A stretch of 64,000 nt of DNA from positions 33,597 to 97,596 of the forward strand of contig CAZPGZ010000007.1 in NCBI GenBank assembly GCA_964586075.1, in the 5' to 3' direction. The notes beneath the pieces were generated by a model. It ran no database searches. It was not told where the DNA came from and saw only the letters and a program-made list of their open reading frames with translations. The stretch comes from an uncultured Nitrospiraceae bacterium. GTDB taxonomy: Bacteria; Nitrospirota; UBA9217. Positions 1 to 10,526 of this stretch are shown piece by piece (position 1 is the first letter of the stretch; each line of letters opens with the position of its first letter). The translations under genes were made by a program, and so were the position numbers.

Positions 1-1362
1 GGTATTTTCGGCCATCCCGACGCCGCGAATCTCGTATATCTGGGGCTGTATGCACTCCAGCACCGGGGGCAGGAATCGGCGGGCATTGTTTCAAGCGATG
101 GAAACCGGCTTTATAGTGAAAAGGCCATGGGGCTCGTCGCAGATATCTTCAATGAAGACCGCATCAAAAGGCTGCCGGGACATACCGCGATCGGACACAA
201 CCGATATTCAACAACCGGCGAAAGCATCGCCATTAATATTCAGCCCATTCTTGCAAATTTTGCCCTCGGCAGTCTTGCGATCGCGCACAACGGCAATTTG
301 GTTAATGCCGGCATCCTGAAAGATGAACTTGAAGCATACGGGTCTATTTTCCAGTCTACCATGGACAGCGAGGTGATAGTTCACCTCATTGCCCAGTCGC
401 GCATGGCGACTCTGCCTGAGCGCATTGTGGACGCTCTCGGCCCTGTCCAGGGGTCATACAGCTTGCTGATGCTGACGCCGCATGAACTGATAGCGGTTCG
501 CGATCCGCACGGATTCAGGCCCCTTTCTCTCGGTGAATTGAACGGCGCCTACGTTGTTGCATCGGAAACATGCGCGTTTGATCTGATCGAGGCGAACTAT
601 ATTCGCGATATCGCACCGGGAGAGATGGTGATAATCAACAGCAAAGGCATCCAGTCCACTTTTCCCTTTCCGCAGAAGCAGCCTTCACACTGCATATTTG
701 AATTTATCTATTTTGCACGTCCCGACAGCATGGTGTTCGGTCAAAATGTGTATTCCATCAGAAAAAAATTCGGACGGCAGCTGGCTCGTGAGACCTCAGT
801 TCCCGCGGATGTCGTCATTCCCGTGCCGGACTCGGGCGTACCGGCGGCTCTCGGCTATGCCGAAGAGGCGGGGATACCCTTCGATACGGGGCTTATCCGA
901 AATCACTATGTAGGGAGAACATTTATCGAGCCGCGACAGAGCATCAGGCATTTTGGCGTGAAGATCAAATTGAATCCCGTCAAGGACGCCCTGAAAGGAA
1001 AACGCGTGGTTGTGGTGGATGACTCCATTGTGCGCGGCACCACAAGCAAAAAAATCATTAAAATGATCAGGAGCGCAGGTGCTGCTGAAGTCCATATGCG
1101 CATCAGTTCGCCGCCTGTTGGCTATCCGTGTTTTTATGGAATTGATATTCCTACGCGTCAGGAACTTATCGCCTCGTCGCACAGCATCGAGGAAATCAGA
1201 AAATATATCACCGCTGATTCTCTTGGCTATATCAGCCTTGATGGGCTCCAAAAAATTGTTCCGGAACGGGTAAACTTCTGTGCTGCATGTTTTGATGGAG
1301 AATATCCTGTCCCGTTTCCTGGTGAAAAAATTGCCCAGATGGGTTTGTTTGAGAAGGAATAA
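1..1362 (+). CDS. purF: Amidophosphoribosyltransferase (5'-truncated by window edge)
   Basis: Frame 1 is open from base 1 ([29 protein letters not shown]) and joins the 127..1362 ORF. Motifs [32 protein letters not shown] motif [12 protein letters not shown], and Fe-S Cys in CFYGID and CAACF. Confidence 0.97.
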   Translation, partial: GIFGHPDAANLVYLGLYALQHRGQESAGIVSSDGNRLYSEKAMGLVADIFNEDRIKRLPGHTAIGHNRYSTTGESIAINIQPILANFALGSLAIAHNGNLVNAGILKDELEAYGSIFQSTMDSEVIVHLIAQSRMATLPERIVDALGPVQGSYSLLMLTPHELIAVRDPHGFRPLSLGELNGAYVVASETCAFDLIEANYIRDIAPGEMVIINSKGIQSTFPFPQKQPSHCIFEFIYFARPDSMVFGQNVYSIRKKFGRQLARETSVPADVVIPVPDSGVPAALGYAEEAGIPFDTGLIRNHYVGRTFIEPRQSIRHFGVKIKLNPVKDALKGKRVVVVDDSIVRGTTSKKIIKMIRSAGAAEVHMRISSPPVGYPCFYGIDIPTRQELIASSHSIEEIRKYITADSLGYISLDGLQKIVPERVNFCAACFDGEYPVPFPGEKIAQMGLFEKE

Positions 1363-1434
1363 AGCGCCTACGAAGGCTGCAAGAGATGTGGTTCGATAAA
1401 AAAGAGCGTGAGTTTGGAACAGGAATGTTCAAAG

Positions 1435-1510
1435 TGGTGCCGAGGCGCAGAATCGAACTGCGGACACGAGGCTTTTCAGGCCTCTGCTCTACCAACTGAG
1501 CTACCTCGGC
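1435..1510 (-). tRNA. tRNA-Phe (GAA)
   Basis: Reverse complement folds as a 76-nt cloverleaf: acceptor GCCGAGG/CCTCGGC, D arm GCTC/GAGC, anticodon stem GAGGC/GCCTC with loop CT-GAA-AA, T arm CGCAG-TTCGATT-CTGCG, encoded ACCA end. Confidence 0.97.
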
Positions 1511-1538
1511 ATGATCTCTGATGTGTCGGCAGGTCGTT

Positions 1539-1568
1539 AAAATAGCAGAGTGGAGGGCTGATTGTCAA
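1539..1568 (-). promoter_or_regulatory. Putative sigma70 promoter of tRNA-Phe
   Basis: TTGACA (1568-1563), 18-nt spacer, TGn-TATTTT (1544-1539), about 30 nt upstream of the tRNA. Confidence 0.5.
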
Positions 1569-1742
1569 GCTATTTTTCTCCCTACCGAACCGGCTTCCTT
1601 ATATTTTTTTATTTGCATAATCCAATGCACATTTTTTTAGTTCTATTACTTTATTCCCGCTTGTTTTCTCCTTCTTTTCATGAACATCTTGTATTGTAAG
1701 CGTTATTTTCTGCAACTCTTTTCGTCCACAGAAAGTATTGCC

Positions 1743-1772
1743 TTGACTTTTAACCTGTAATTTTGGTAAAAT
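1743..1772 (+). promoter_or_regulatory. Putative sigma70 promoter of TPR-roadblock operon
   Basis: TTGACT (1743-1748), 18 nt, extended TGG-TAAAAT (1767-1772). Confidence 0.55.
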
Positions 1773-1804
1773 TTTTTGTATCAATTTGATAAGAAAAGAA
1801 AAAA

Positions 1805-3400
1805 ATGGCGAAAGAGACTTCCGAAATAGTCAAGCTGACAGAGCGCATCTCGAAGGATCCAAAATCAAAGCTATTTGTACCTCTTGCAGAGGAATACAAA
1901 AAAGCAGGCGATCTGGAGATGGCAATTTATGTGCTTACGGAAGGCTTGAAAAACAATCCCGGCTATATTACGGCACGATCAATTTTAGGCAGACTTTTGC
2001 TTGACCAAGGAGACCTTGCCAGTGCCAAGAAAGAACTGGAAGAAGTCGTCAAGGTAATTCCTGACAATCTTCTGGCCCAACGAAAACTGGGGGACATTTG
2101 CGCTCGTCAGAATAATTCAAGCGAAGCACTGAAACATTATAAATCGGTTCTTGCGCTGAATCCACGCGATAACGAGGTTGCTTCGCTTATTTCAAAACTT
2201 GAGGCCGCCTTGAATGCTTCATCAGCGAAACCAGAGCCGGCCACTCCTCCTCCGCAAGAACGGCAGGAAGTAAAACCGCCGCAAGAAGTTGCATCTGTTT
2301 CGATTCCGCTGACAGCGCAAGTACAAACTGAGGCTCCCGTTGAGGCGGTTCCAGTACCTGTCGCTCCTTCAACTGCGGCAGCGGAACCGGAACCGACTCA
2401 TGTGGCCGAGCCGATGCGTCCAACTGAACCCGTTTCGAAAGAAGAAGTGCTTGCCCCAGTGTCCGCGGTGGAAAAACAGGAAGAAAAATCTATGGAAAAA
2501 ATGCAGGATCTGGGAAAATCCGATCTTGAATTGCTGACCGTAGATTTTGATCTGCCTTCAGAGCACGTGGAAAATCAGGAACCTTCTCCGGAGAAACTTG
2601 CCGAAATTGCTGCAGCATCGCACGATCAACCCGATGAAAAAGCCGCAACGAATGAACTCTTTCTTACGGAAGCTGATTTATTTGCTGAATCCCTGCAGGA
2701 TGATACCTCGTCTTCATCAAAACAATCAGACAGCTTTGTGTTGGAAGAAGCCATTCCAACGCAAACCCCACCGGTATCCCGGGAATTTCCAGCGGAGGAA
2801 TCTTCAGAAAAATCCGATGATTTTACGACTGATACCCTGGCGGAGCTTTATATTGCACAGGGATTTTATGAAAAGGCAATCGACATCTATGAACGAATGT
2901 TGGTGGACAACCCGAACAGCAGCAAGCTGAAGGATAAGCTGGATCGGGTAAAAGCCATGCTCCTCCCTTCTGCTGCTTCTGAACAGGAAGAAACACCAAA
3001 AGGCTCGGCGGATATTTTTTCAGAACCACAGGTATACAGCGCGCAGGAAGAACCGCCGATCGGTCCTGAAGAAAAAACGTTCTCTGCTGAACCATCAGAC
3101 GAACCACCCCTTTTGGAAACAAAAGAAATTCCCTTGTCAGGAGAATCATCGTCTCCAAGTGCATTCGCTGAACTTCCTGATGAGGAATTCGCCAAGGCGA
3201 AACCGGCATACACTGATTTTGAAGCAAAAGAGTACGTGCCGCCTGAACCACAACCGGAGTCACAACCGGAACCGCAGGCGAGTCCGGTAGAAACAAAGAC
3301 GAAGTTGGAGCATATTGCGTCCAAGTCGCCGACGACCATTAGAAATGAAACCATACATCGTCTCGAAGCTTGGCTTAAGAACATCAAGAAGGAGACATAA
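1805..3400 (+). CDS. Tetratricopeptide-repeat protein with long acidic/Pro-rich linkers
   Basis: N-terminal TPR-like helices (DPKSKLFVPLAEEY...ARSILGRLL), Glu/Pro/Ser-rich spacer, isolated TPR (TTDTLAELYIAQGFYEKAIDIYERML), C-terminal helix RLEAWLKNIKK. Confidence 0.85.
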   Translation: MAKETSEIVKLTERISKDPKSKLFVPLAEEYKKAGDLEMAIYVLTEGLKNNPGYITARSILGRLLLDQGDLASAKKELEEVVKVIPDNLLAQRKLGDICARQNNSSEALKHYKSVLALNPRDNEVASLISKLEAALNASSAKPEPATPPPQERQEVKPPQEVASVSIPLTAQVQTEAPVEAVPVPVAPSTAAAEPEPTHVAEPMRPTEPVSKEEVLAPVSAVEKQEEKSMEKMQDLGKSDLELLTVDFDLPSEHVENQEPSPEKLAEIAAASHDQPDEKAATNELFLTEADLFAESLQDDTSSSSKQSDSFVLEEAIPTQTPPVSREFPAEESSEKSDDFTTDTLAELYIAQGFYEKAIDIYERMLVDNPNSSKLKDKLDRVKAMLLPSAASEQEETPKGSADIFSEPQVYSAQEEPPIGPEEKTFSAEPSDEPPLLETKEIPLSGESSSPSAFAELPDEEFAKAKPAYTDFEAKEYVPPEPQPESQPEPQASPVETKTKLEHIASKSPTTIRNETIHRLEAWLKNIKKET

Positions 3401-3757
3401 ATGTCCTTTTCCGACATCATCAGGCAGGTAGTTAATGGTACGGAAGGGGCGCTCGGCGCTCTTGTCGTCGGGCTTGATGGCATCCCGGTTGAAGAATATA
3501 CCGTCAGCTCCGATATGGATTTGCGGTCAATGACTATTGAATATTCTTCGCTTTTGAAGGAAATTGAAAAAGGATCCCAAATATCAGATATGGGGTCCAC
3601 GAAGGAAGTAACGGTTATTGCGGACAAGGCTATGATTATGCTCCGCAGGCTGAACAGTGAATACTTTATTGTTCTTATTTTGAAACCCGAGGGGAACTTC
3701 GGCAAAGGGCGTTTCCTTCTTCGGATGTCCGTTCCGAAACTGCTCAAAGAGTTTTAA
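3401..3757 (+). CDS. mglC: Roadblock/LC7 domain protein, MglC-like
   Basis: 118 aa roadblock pattern. GLDGI and [11 protein letters not shown] closely match my recollection of Myxococcus MglC (GFDGI, GNFGKGRYVLR). Located near efp-accB-accC. Confidence 0.7.
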   Translation: MSFSDIIRQVVNGTEGALGALVVGLDGIPVEEYTVSSDMDLRSMTIEYSSLLKEIEKGSQISDMGSTKEVTVIADKAMIMLRRLNSEYFIVLILKPEGNFGKGRFLLRMSVPKLLKEF

Positions 3758-3785
3758 GCAGGATTTTTTTCATTATCTGCGTACC

Positions 3786-3811
3786 AAACTGCCTCGGGCA
3801 GTTTTTATTTT
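3786..3811 (+). terminator. Intrinsic terminator after roadblock gene
   Basis: AAACTGCC-tcg-GGCAGTTT followed by TTATTTT. Confidence 0.6.
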
Positions 3812-3824
3812 CTGTGGGGGTGCC

Positions 3825-4271
3825 ATGAAGATATTAGTGCTTCACGGGCCGAATTTGAATCTTCTCGGCAAGCGGGAGCCGGACGTTTATGGCTCTGTAA
3901 CGCTTGACGATATTAATAAAAAAATTTCCGCACTGGCCGGAGAATTGGGTGTGGATGTATCCTTTTTTCAGTCAAACCATGAAGGAGAACTGGTACAGAG
4001 AATCCAGGACGCTATGGGTGTTTTTCAAGCCATCGTGATCAATCCGGCAGCCTATACGCATACCAGCGTAGCGATTCGTGATGCCATATCTTCACTGGAC
4101 ATCCCGGTTATCGAGACGCATATTTCCAATATTTATAAGCGTGAAAAATTCCGTCATCATTCGTTCATTTCGGGCGTCGCCGTTGGACAGATCGCCGGAT
4201 TCGGACCGGAAAGCTATCTTCTTGCAGTACGAGCAGCTGCCGGGCTCGCGAAGGACGGCAGCAAGAAGTGA
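3825..4271 (+). CDS. aroQ: Type II 3-dehydroquinate dehydratase
   Basis: [49 protein letters not shown]. Confidence 0.97.
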   Translation: MKILVLHGPNLNLLGKREPDVYGSVTLDDINKKISALAGELGVDVSFFQSNHEGELVQRIQDAMGVFQAIVINPAAYTHTSVAIRDAISSLDIPVIETHISNIYKREKFRHHSFISGVAVGQIAGFGPESYLLAVRAAAGLAKDGSKK

Positions 4272-5353
4272 AGCAGAGACCGGAACAAAGCCGGACATCC
4301 CGGCTCAAACGCGTGCTGAAAAGTTATGATTTTCACGCTTTTCTCGTGACTCGCCGTGAAGATGTCCGTTATCTTTCAGGGTTCACCGGTTCAGCGGGCA
4401 GCCTTCTGATTTCCGCCGACAGGTCTTTTCTGATCACTGATTTTCGCTATAAGCTTCAGGCCCGCCTTGAGACCAGGGGATTTGCAGTTCATATCCAGAA
4501 AACGGATTTTTTTACAGCACTCCGGGACATAGCGAACCAAACAGGCTTGGTCAAGATCGGTTTTGATGAGTCAGCCATTACGGTGGAACAACTGAAGAAG
4601 CTGAAAAAACAAGGAGTCGCTTTCAAAGGCTGCCGGGATATCGTTGAACCGCTCAGGAAACAAAAAGACGAACACGAGCTGGCAAATATACGTCTTGCTG
4701 TTAAGCGGGCGGAGCAGTCTTTTCGTGAGCTGAAAAAATATATCAAGTCGGGTATTACCGAGCGTGAAATTGGCCTGAAACTTGATTACATCATGAGAGA
4801 GCACGGATCGAGAAAACCGGCATTCGATACGATTGTGGCATCCGCGCGCAATGGCGCCATGCCGCACGCGTCTACTACCAACCGGCGTTTGAAAACAGGC
4901 GATCTGGTTACGATTGATTTCGGAGCCGAAGCGAACGGGTACTTCAGCGATATAACAAGAACGTTCTGTCTGGGGAAACCGTCTGCCAGGCAGCAGGAAA
5001 TCCATGCCCTGGTTTTACATGCACAGGCATCCGCAATCAAGTCGATCCGTCCCGGCGTCACCTGCAAATGTATCGATGACGGAGCGCGGGATCTTATCAA
5101 AAAAGCAGGTTATGGAAAATATTTTGGCCACGGCACCGGTCATGGCGTAGGTCTTATGGTTCATGAAGAGCCTACCATCTCATTCCGTTCCCATGATCGA
5201 GTTATTCAAAATATGGTTTTTACTGTCGAACCAGGTGTATACATTCCCGGATGGGGCGGCGTAAGAATTGAAGATATGGTTCTGGTGACAGATACGGGCA
5301 TGAATGTCTTAACCACGTTGCCGAGGGAGCTTGATGGGCTTGCACGGCTATAA
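4268..5353 (+). CDS. Xaa-Pro aminopeptidase/dipeptidase (M24B)
   Basis: Creatinase-like N-domain; metal-binding motifs [38 protein letters not shown]. Confidence 0.93.
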   Translation: MKQRPEQSRTSRLKRVLKSYDFHAFLVTRREDVRYLSGFTGSAGSLLISADRSFLITDFRYKLQARLETRGFAVHIQKTDFFTALRDIANQTGLVKIGFDESAITVEQLKKLKKQGVAFKGCRDIVEPLRKQKDEHELANIRLAVKRAEQSFRELKKYIKSGITEREIGLKLDYIMREHGSRKPAFDTIVASARNGAMPHASTTNRRLKTGDLVTIDFGAEANGYFSDITRTFCLGKPSARQQEIHALVLHAQASAIKSIRPGVTCKCIDDGARDLIKKAGYGKYFGHGTGHGVGLMVHEEPTISFRSHDRVIQNMVFTVEPGVYIPGWGGVRIEDMVLVTDTGMNVLTTLPRELDGLARL

Positions 5354-5436
5354 TTTTGCCGGATCAGAATTTATAAAAAGCAATTTGTGCAAAGCCATGC
5401 ATAGAGGGCGGCATTGCTTGCAATGAGAGAAGTATC

Positions 5437-6219
5437 GTGAATTTAGAACCTATTCAAAAAATCGTGGATGACTTTTGTTTGAACAGTCCGCTGAACGTAA
5501 TAGAGGAGCTTGGTTCCCTGAGGATTTTTGAACACCCGTTGGTGTCAGTCGCCTCGGCGGAAGACGGTCTCTTCGATGAACTGAAAAAAGACGATGTCGT
5601 AGGACCCCAGCACCTGTCTCCGAAAGAATGGCTGGCAAGCAGCAGAGCAGTGATTGTTTATTTTTTGCCTTTTACCGAACGAATTCGCAAAGCAAATAGG
5701 GCAGCTAATCTGCCGGCTCGTGAATGGCTGTATGGCCGTATTGAAGGCGAGCAGTTCAGTGTCGCATTGCGAAAATATCTTGTTCAATGGTTTTTAGAGC
5801 AGAACTATGAAGCCCTGGCACCGACCTTGGACGGACGCTTTACGGTGACGAACCGGAGAAGCAACTGGTCGGAAAGACATGTTGCGTTTGTTGCAGGCCT
5901 GGGGACACTCAGCCTGAGCTGCTCGCTTATTACCTTGCGGGGATCAGCGGGCCGGCTGGGCAGCATTGTTGTCAGCGCCGAGCTTTCTCCGACGAAACGT
6001 TTCTACAGGACGAAGGATGAGAACTGCACACAATGCGGTGCATGCATAGTAAGATGTCCTCCGCTTGCAATCAATGAACATGGCAAAGACCATGCTGTTT
6101 GTTCGGATTACCTTGATCGTGTTCTGGCGCGGTATCGTCCCCGGTACGGCTGCGGAAAATGCCAGACCGGGGTGCCTTGTGAGGATCGGATTCCGGTCGG
6201 CGCAGGGCATCGGCCATGA
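5437..6219 (+). CDS. QueG/reductive-dehalogenase-like 2x[4Fe-4S] protein (epoxyqueuosine-reductase-like)
   Basis: SERHVAFVAGLG...GRLGSIV segment, CTQCGACIVRCP and C...CGKCQTGVPC clusters; GTG start. Confidence 0.7.
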   Translation: MNLEPIQKIVDDFCLNSPLNVIEELGSLRIFEHPLVSVASAEDGLFDELKKDDVVGPQHLSPKEWLASSRAVIVYFLPFTERIRKANRAANLPAREWLYGRIEGEQFSVALRKYLVQWFLEQNYEALAPTLDGRFTVTNRRSNWSERHVAFVAGLGTLSLSCSLITLRGSAGRLGSIVVSAELSPTKRFYRTKDENCTQCGACIVRCPPLAINEHGKDHAVCSDYLDRVLARYRPRYGCGKCQTGVPCEDRIPVGAGHRP

Positions 6220-6285
6220 GATAAATTAATTCTTATTTACAAGACAGTATAACTACGGAAAGAATGAAAGGAAGGGAACAAGAAC

Positions 6286-6852
6286 GTGCCGGTATCTACT
6301 GCAGAATTTAGAAATGGATTGAAAATTGAGATTGATGGGGAACCTTATGTTATTGTGGAGTTTCAGCATGTGAAACCCGGCAAAGGCGGGGCTTTTGTGA
6401 GAACGAAAATAAAAAGCCTCAGAACGGGAAACGTGATCGACCGCACCTATCGTTCGGGCGAGAAGGTTGATGTCCCCCAGCTGGAAGAGAAAACAATGCA
6501 GTATCTTTATGCGGCGGACAAAGACCGCGTCTTCATGGATACCACCACCTATGAACAGGTGTCCATGAACGAACAGCAACTCGGCGACAGCATTAATTAC
6601 CTGAAAGAGAATATGGAAATTAAAGTTCTCTATTATAAAAATCGCCCTATTAATATTGATGTGCCGATGTTTGTGGAGCTGGCAATTGCCAAAACAGAAC
6701 CCGGAGTGCGGGGCGACACGGCATCGGGCGGGTCGAAGCCAGCCACCCTTGAGACAGGTGCAGTGGTCAAGGTGCCGTTCTATCTGAATGAGGGTGACGT
6801 CGTAAAAATTGACACCCGCACCGGAACATTTATTGAACGAGTAAAGAAATGA
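6286..6852 (+). CDS. efp: Translation elongation factor P
   Basis: [36 protein letters not shown]. Confidence 0.97.
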   Translation: MPVSTAEFRNGLKIEIDGEPYVIVEFQHVKPGKGGAFVRTKIKSLRTGNVIDRTYRSGEKVDVPQLEEKTMQYLYAADKDRVFMDTTTYEQVSMNEQQLGDSINYLKENMEIKVLYYKNRPINIDVPMFVELAIAKTEPGVRGDTASGGSKPATLETGAVVKVPFYLNEGDVVKIDTRTGTFIERVKK

Positions 6853-6896
6853 GCTCTGCCCGGCGCCAATCCGTCGATGAAAAAAAAGGAGTGGTC

Positions 6897-7367
6897 ATGA
6901 ACCTGAAAGAAATCAAAGAACTGATAGAAATGCTGAAGGGCACCGATATCTCAGAACTGGAAGTGGAGCGTTCCGGAGTAAAGGTAAAGCTACGAAAAGG
7001 CGGTGAGGTGACATTACATCCGCCCGTACCACGAGCGGAATATCAATATCCCCCAGTTCTTGTTCCGGTGAAACCGGAGACTCCGATGCCGACGACAGAA
7101 AAACCGGCAGAAGCGACCAAAACAAATCAGACCTTGGTGACAGCGCCTATTGTTGGGACGTTCTACCGCGCATCAGCACCGGACAAGCCGCCCTACGTGC
7201 AAACAGGCGACATTGTGAAAAAAGGCCAGGTGCTGTGCATCATTGAAGCGATGAAACTCATGAATGAGATCGAATCAGAATCTGCCGGAAAGATTGTCCA
7301 AATCACCGTAGAAAACGGCCAGCCCGTAGAATACGGGCAGACGCTTTTTGTGATTGAACCGGCGTAA
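6897..7367 (+). CDS. accB: Acetyl-CoA carboxylase biotin carboxyl carrier protein
   Basis: APIVGTFYRA and EAMKLMNEI biotinylation motif. Start placed at ATG 6897 behind an AAGGAG SD, inside the 6849 ORF. Confidence 0.95.
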   Translation: MNLKEIKELIEMLKGTDISELEVERSGVKVKLRKGGEVTLHPPVPRAEYQYPPVLVPVKPETPMPTTEKPAEATKTNQTLVTAPIVGTFYRASAPDKPPYVQTGDIVKKGQVLCIIEAMKLMNEIESESAGKIVQITVENGQPVEYGQTLFVIEPA

Positions 7368-7414
7368 AACCGTGCCTTCTCGAACTGTGAAAATACGATC
7401 CAAGGAGTAATTGC

Positions 7415-8761
7415 GTGTTCAAAAAAATTTTAATCGCCAATCGCGGCGAAATCGCACTTCGTATTATACGAGCCTGCAAGGATATGGGCATCAGGACGGT
7501 TGCGGTGCATTCCACTGCTGATGCAAATTCACTTCATGTTCGGTTTGCCGATGAGAGCGTGTGCATAGGTCCACCGAAAAGTGCAGACAGTTACCTGAAC
7601 GTGCCTGCCATTATTAGTGCGGCCGAAATTACCGACGCAGAAGCAATCCACCCCGGCTACGGTTTTCTCGCCGAAAATGCCAGTTTTGCTGAAATCTGCA
7701 ATTCTACCGGAATTCGGTTTATTGGTCCGAGCCCTGAAAGTATCAAGCTCATGGGGGATAAAGCCAAAGCGCGTGAAACGGTGAAAAAGGCAGGAGTCCC
7801 TGTGCTTCCGGGCAGTGATGGTATTGTGACGGAGGAAAACAGCGCTGTTGAAATAGCCCGTGCACTCGGTTTTCCGGTGATCGTCAAGGCAGCGGCAGGT
7901 GGAGGCGGCAAAGGGATGCGGGTGGTGATGGAGGAGGCGGAGTTCGGGAATGCTTTTATCATGGCCCAGACCGAAGCTCTGGCCGCTTTCAGCAATGCCG
8001 ATGTGTATATTGAAAAATATATTCTGCAGCCTCGCCATATAGAAGTGCAGCTTATGGCTGATGAAAAAGGAAATGCGGTATATCTTGGCGAACGGGAGTG
8101 CTCTATTCAGCGCCGGCACCAGAAACTGATAGAAGAAGCGCCATCCGTCATCGTGGATGAAAACCTGAGAAAAAAGATGGGCGAAATGGCAGTTGCCGTT
8201 GCGAAAAGCGTGAAATACCGCAACGCCGGCACCATAGAATTTCTGATGGATGAAAATAGAAATTTCTATTTCATGGAAATGAACACGAGGATACAGGTCG
8301 AACATCCCGTGACAGAAATGGTGACCGGCATTGACCTCGTCAAGGAGCAGATCCGGGTTGCCGCGGGGTTGCCGCTTTCTTTCACACAAGATCAAGTCAC
8401 CATAAAAGGGCACAGCATCGAATGCAGAATTAACGCAGAATGTCCGGAAAAGTTCACACCGTGTCCGGGAAAAGTGACGGCCTTTAATCCTCCTGGCGGA
8501 CCGGGTGTACGGGTCGACACAGCGGCGTACACGCAGTATGTGATTCCACCGTATTACGATTCTCTGATCGCAAAGCTGATTGTGCATGCTGAGACCAGAG
8601 ATGATGCTATTGTAAAGATGAAACGGGCACTTGATGAGTTTATTGTTGAGGGGGTTAAAACAACCATTCCGGTGCACAAGAAGATTCTTGCAGAACAGGA
8701 TTTTCAGCAGGGAAACATCTCCACCAAATTTATGGAGCGGTATAATGTTCCCGTCAAATAA
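7415..8761 (+). CDS. accC: Biotin carboxylase
   Basis: [69 protein letters not shown]. Confidence 0.97.
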   Translation: MFKKILIANRGEIALRIIRACKDMGIRTVAVHSTADANSLHVRFADESVCIGPPKSADSYLNVPAIISAAEITDAEAIHPGYGFLAENASFAEICNSTGIRFIGPSPESIKLMGDKAKARETVKKAGVPVLPGSDGIVTEENSAVEIARALGFPVIVKAAAGGGGKGMRVVMEEAEFGNAFIMAQTEALAAFSNADVYIEKYILQPRHIEVQLMADEKGNAVYLGERECSIQRRHQKLIEEAPSVIVDENLRKKMGEMAVAVAKSVKYRNAGTIEFLMDENRNFYFMEMNTRIQVEHPVTEMVTGIDLVKEQIRVAAGLPLSFTQDQVTIKGHSIECRINAECPEKFTPCPGKVTAFNPPGGPGVRVDTAAYTQYVIPPYYDSLIAKLIVHAETRDDAIVKMKRALDEFIVEGVKTTIPVHKKILAEQDFQQGNISTKFMERYNVPVK

Positions 8762-9407
8762 ATTGTCAGGGCTGTGCCTCATCATCGATCAGGACATGCT
8801 TCGCACGGAACCTGAGCAGGCCATGCATCAGGCTCTGTCTGCCGGCGTGACTTTTTTCCAATACCGGAATAAACAAGGGACGCGAAAAGCAATTTATGAA
8901 ATATCCATGCAACTTGCCCGATTGGCCCGCATGGCAGGCGCCCTGTTTGTCGTAAACGACCACACGGACATCGCGGCCGCGGTAGATGCGGATGGTGTTC
9001 ACTTAGGGCAGGATGATCTTCCCCTCGTCTGTGCGCGGAAACTGTTGGGAAACAAAAAGATCATTGGGATATCGACCCATACTGTTGAACAGGCGCGGGA
9101 AGCTGAGGCGGGAGGAGCCGACTATATTGGATTCGGGGCAGTATTCCCAACGCCGACAAAGGAAGAGGCTGTTGCGCACGGACTTGAACTTCTGTCTGCC
9201 GTGAAAAAGGCCGTTTCAATTCCCGTTGTCGCGATTGGGGGCATTAATCAGCAGAATATTCAAAAAATTATGGAAGCCGGTGCTGACGGTGCAGCAGTTA
9301 TTTCGGCAGTACTGTCCGCTCCCAGTATAAAACAGGCGGCTGAAGAACTGATTCATGGCATTCATGAAACAGGAACCGGAAGCCGGAAGACCGGAGGCGT
9401 TTCATGA
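8745..9407 (+). CDS. thiE: Thiamine-phosphate synthase
   Basis: [48 protein letters not shown]. Start at ATG 8745 (GGAG upstream) overlaps the accC end by 17 nt. Confidence 0.93.
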   Translation: MFPSNKLSGLCLIIDQDMLRTEPEQAMHQALSAGVTFFQYRNKQGTRKAIYEISMQLARLARMAGALFVVNDHTDIAAAVDADGVHLGQDDLPLVCARKLLGNKKIIGISTHTVEQAREAEAGGADYIGFGAVFPTPTKEEAVAHGLELLSAVKKAVSIPVVAIGGINQQNIQKIMEAGADGAAVISAVLSAPSIKQAAEELIHGIHETGTGSRKTGGVS

Positions 9408-10507
9408 AAAAAATTATCTCTCTTATAGTGCTCATTCTTTTTGGCATGATGCCAGGATGTTCACGCCAAAATGAAAATACCGTCAAAATCGGCGCAGCAG
9501 GACCCATGACAGGAAGTGAAAGCAAAATGGGTTTGGACCTTAAAAACGGAGTTGAACTCGCTATATCAGAATGGAACGCAAAAGGCGGCGTTCTCGGTAA
9601 AAAAATCGAACTGGTGGTGGGAGACGATGCTGCGGACCCCAAACAGGCAGTGTCCATAGCAAACAAATTCGTAAATCAGAAGGTAGATGCCGTTGTTGGT
9701 CACTGGAATTCGAACTGTTCCATTAATGCCTCTCCTTTTTATCATACGGCAAAGATCGTCATGGTTAGTCCGGCGACGACCAACCCTCGCCTGACGCTGC
9801 AAGGGTTTAAAACGGTCTTCCGCGTTTGCGGTACTGATGAACAGCAGGGCAATGTGGCGGCTCAATTTGTTCTCAACAAATTGAAGTTAAAGAAAGTTGC
9901 GGTTATCCATGATCAAACAACGTATGGACGCGGATTGGCTGATATTTTTAAAAAGGCCCTGAGCGATAAAGTGCAAATCGTTTATTACGGAGGGGTCGCA
10001 CCGGGAGACCCCGATTATAAAGCGGTGCTTACTTCGATAAAGGAAAATAAACCGGAGCTGTATTTTTTCGGCGGAGTTTATCCTGAGGCTGGCAGACTCG
10101 TGCGTCAGGCGAAAGAGATCGGGATGAACATACCGATGCTGACCGGCGATGGTGTTTATGATCCGACGTTCCTCCAAATAGCGGGAAAAGCAGCAGAGGG
10201 AACGTATGTGACGTTTGGAAAAGAACCCTTGGGGCTTGCTTCGGCCAGGTCATTTTTGCAGAATTATAAAACAAAATACGGTGAACCCGGTCCCTATTCG
10301 ATCTATGCTTATGATGCGGCAAACATTCTTCTGCAATCAATCGCGGCGGCGAATACCACCGATGGAACCAAAGTCGCCGAGCATATAGCAAAATCGACGT
10401 TTCAGGGAGCGTTCGGAACCATATCATTTGACCAGCATGGGGACGTGGCAATAGCTCCCTATGTCGTATGGCAGGTAAGAAACGGCCAGTTTAAACAGAT
10501 CCAGTAA
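9404..10507 (+). CDS. livK: Branched-chain amino acid ABC transporter substrate-binding lipoprotein
   Basis: Lipobox-like MMPGC; GAAGPMTG, DDAADPKQAV, VVGHWNS, SPATTNP, FRVCGTDEQQG. Confidence 0.9.
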   Translation: MKKIISLIVLILFGMMPGCSRQNENTVKIGAAGPMTGSESKMGLDLKNGVELAISEWNAKGGVLGKKIELVVGDDAADPKQAVSIANKFVNQKVDAVVGHWNSNCSINASPFYHTAKIVMVSPATTNPRLTLQGFKTVFRVCGTDEQQGNVAAQFVLNKLKLKKVAVIHDQTTYGRGLADIFKKALSDKVQIVYYGGVAPGDPDYKAVLTSIKENKPELYFFGGVYPEAGRLVRQAKEIGMNIPMLTGDGVYDPTFLQIAGKAAEGTYVTFGKEPLGLASARSFLQNYKTKYGEPGPYSIYAYDAANILLQSIAAANTTDGTKVAEHIAKSTFQGAFGTISFDQHGDVAIAPYVVWQVRNGQFKQIQ

Positions 10508-10526
10508 ACCAAAAGGTATTTGAAGT

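Noticed and set aside
1363-1434. Integrative element at the tRNA-Phe 3' end
   Set aside because: Only 72 nt separate the tRNA from the purF stop, and I found no duplicate of the tRNA 3' end in the window.
2887-3747. 286-aa antisense ORF over the TPR/roadblock genes
   Set aside because: Ser/Gly-rich shadow of acidic sense codons, no motifs, fully overlapping confident genes.
7529-8785. 418-aa antisense ORF over accC
   Set aside because: Reverse-frame shadow of a highly conserved gene; no recognisable domain.
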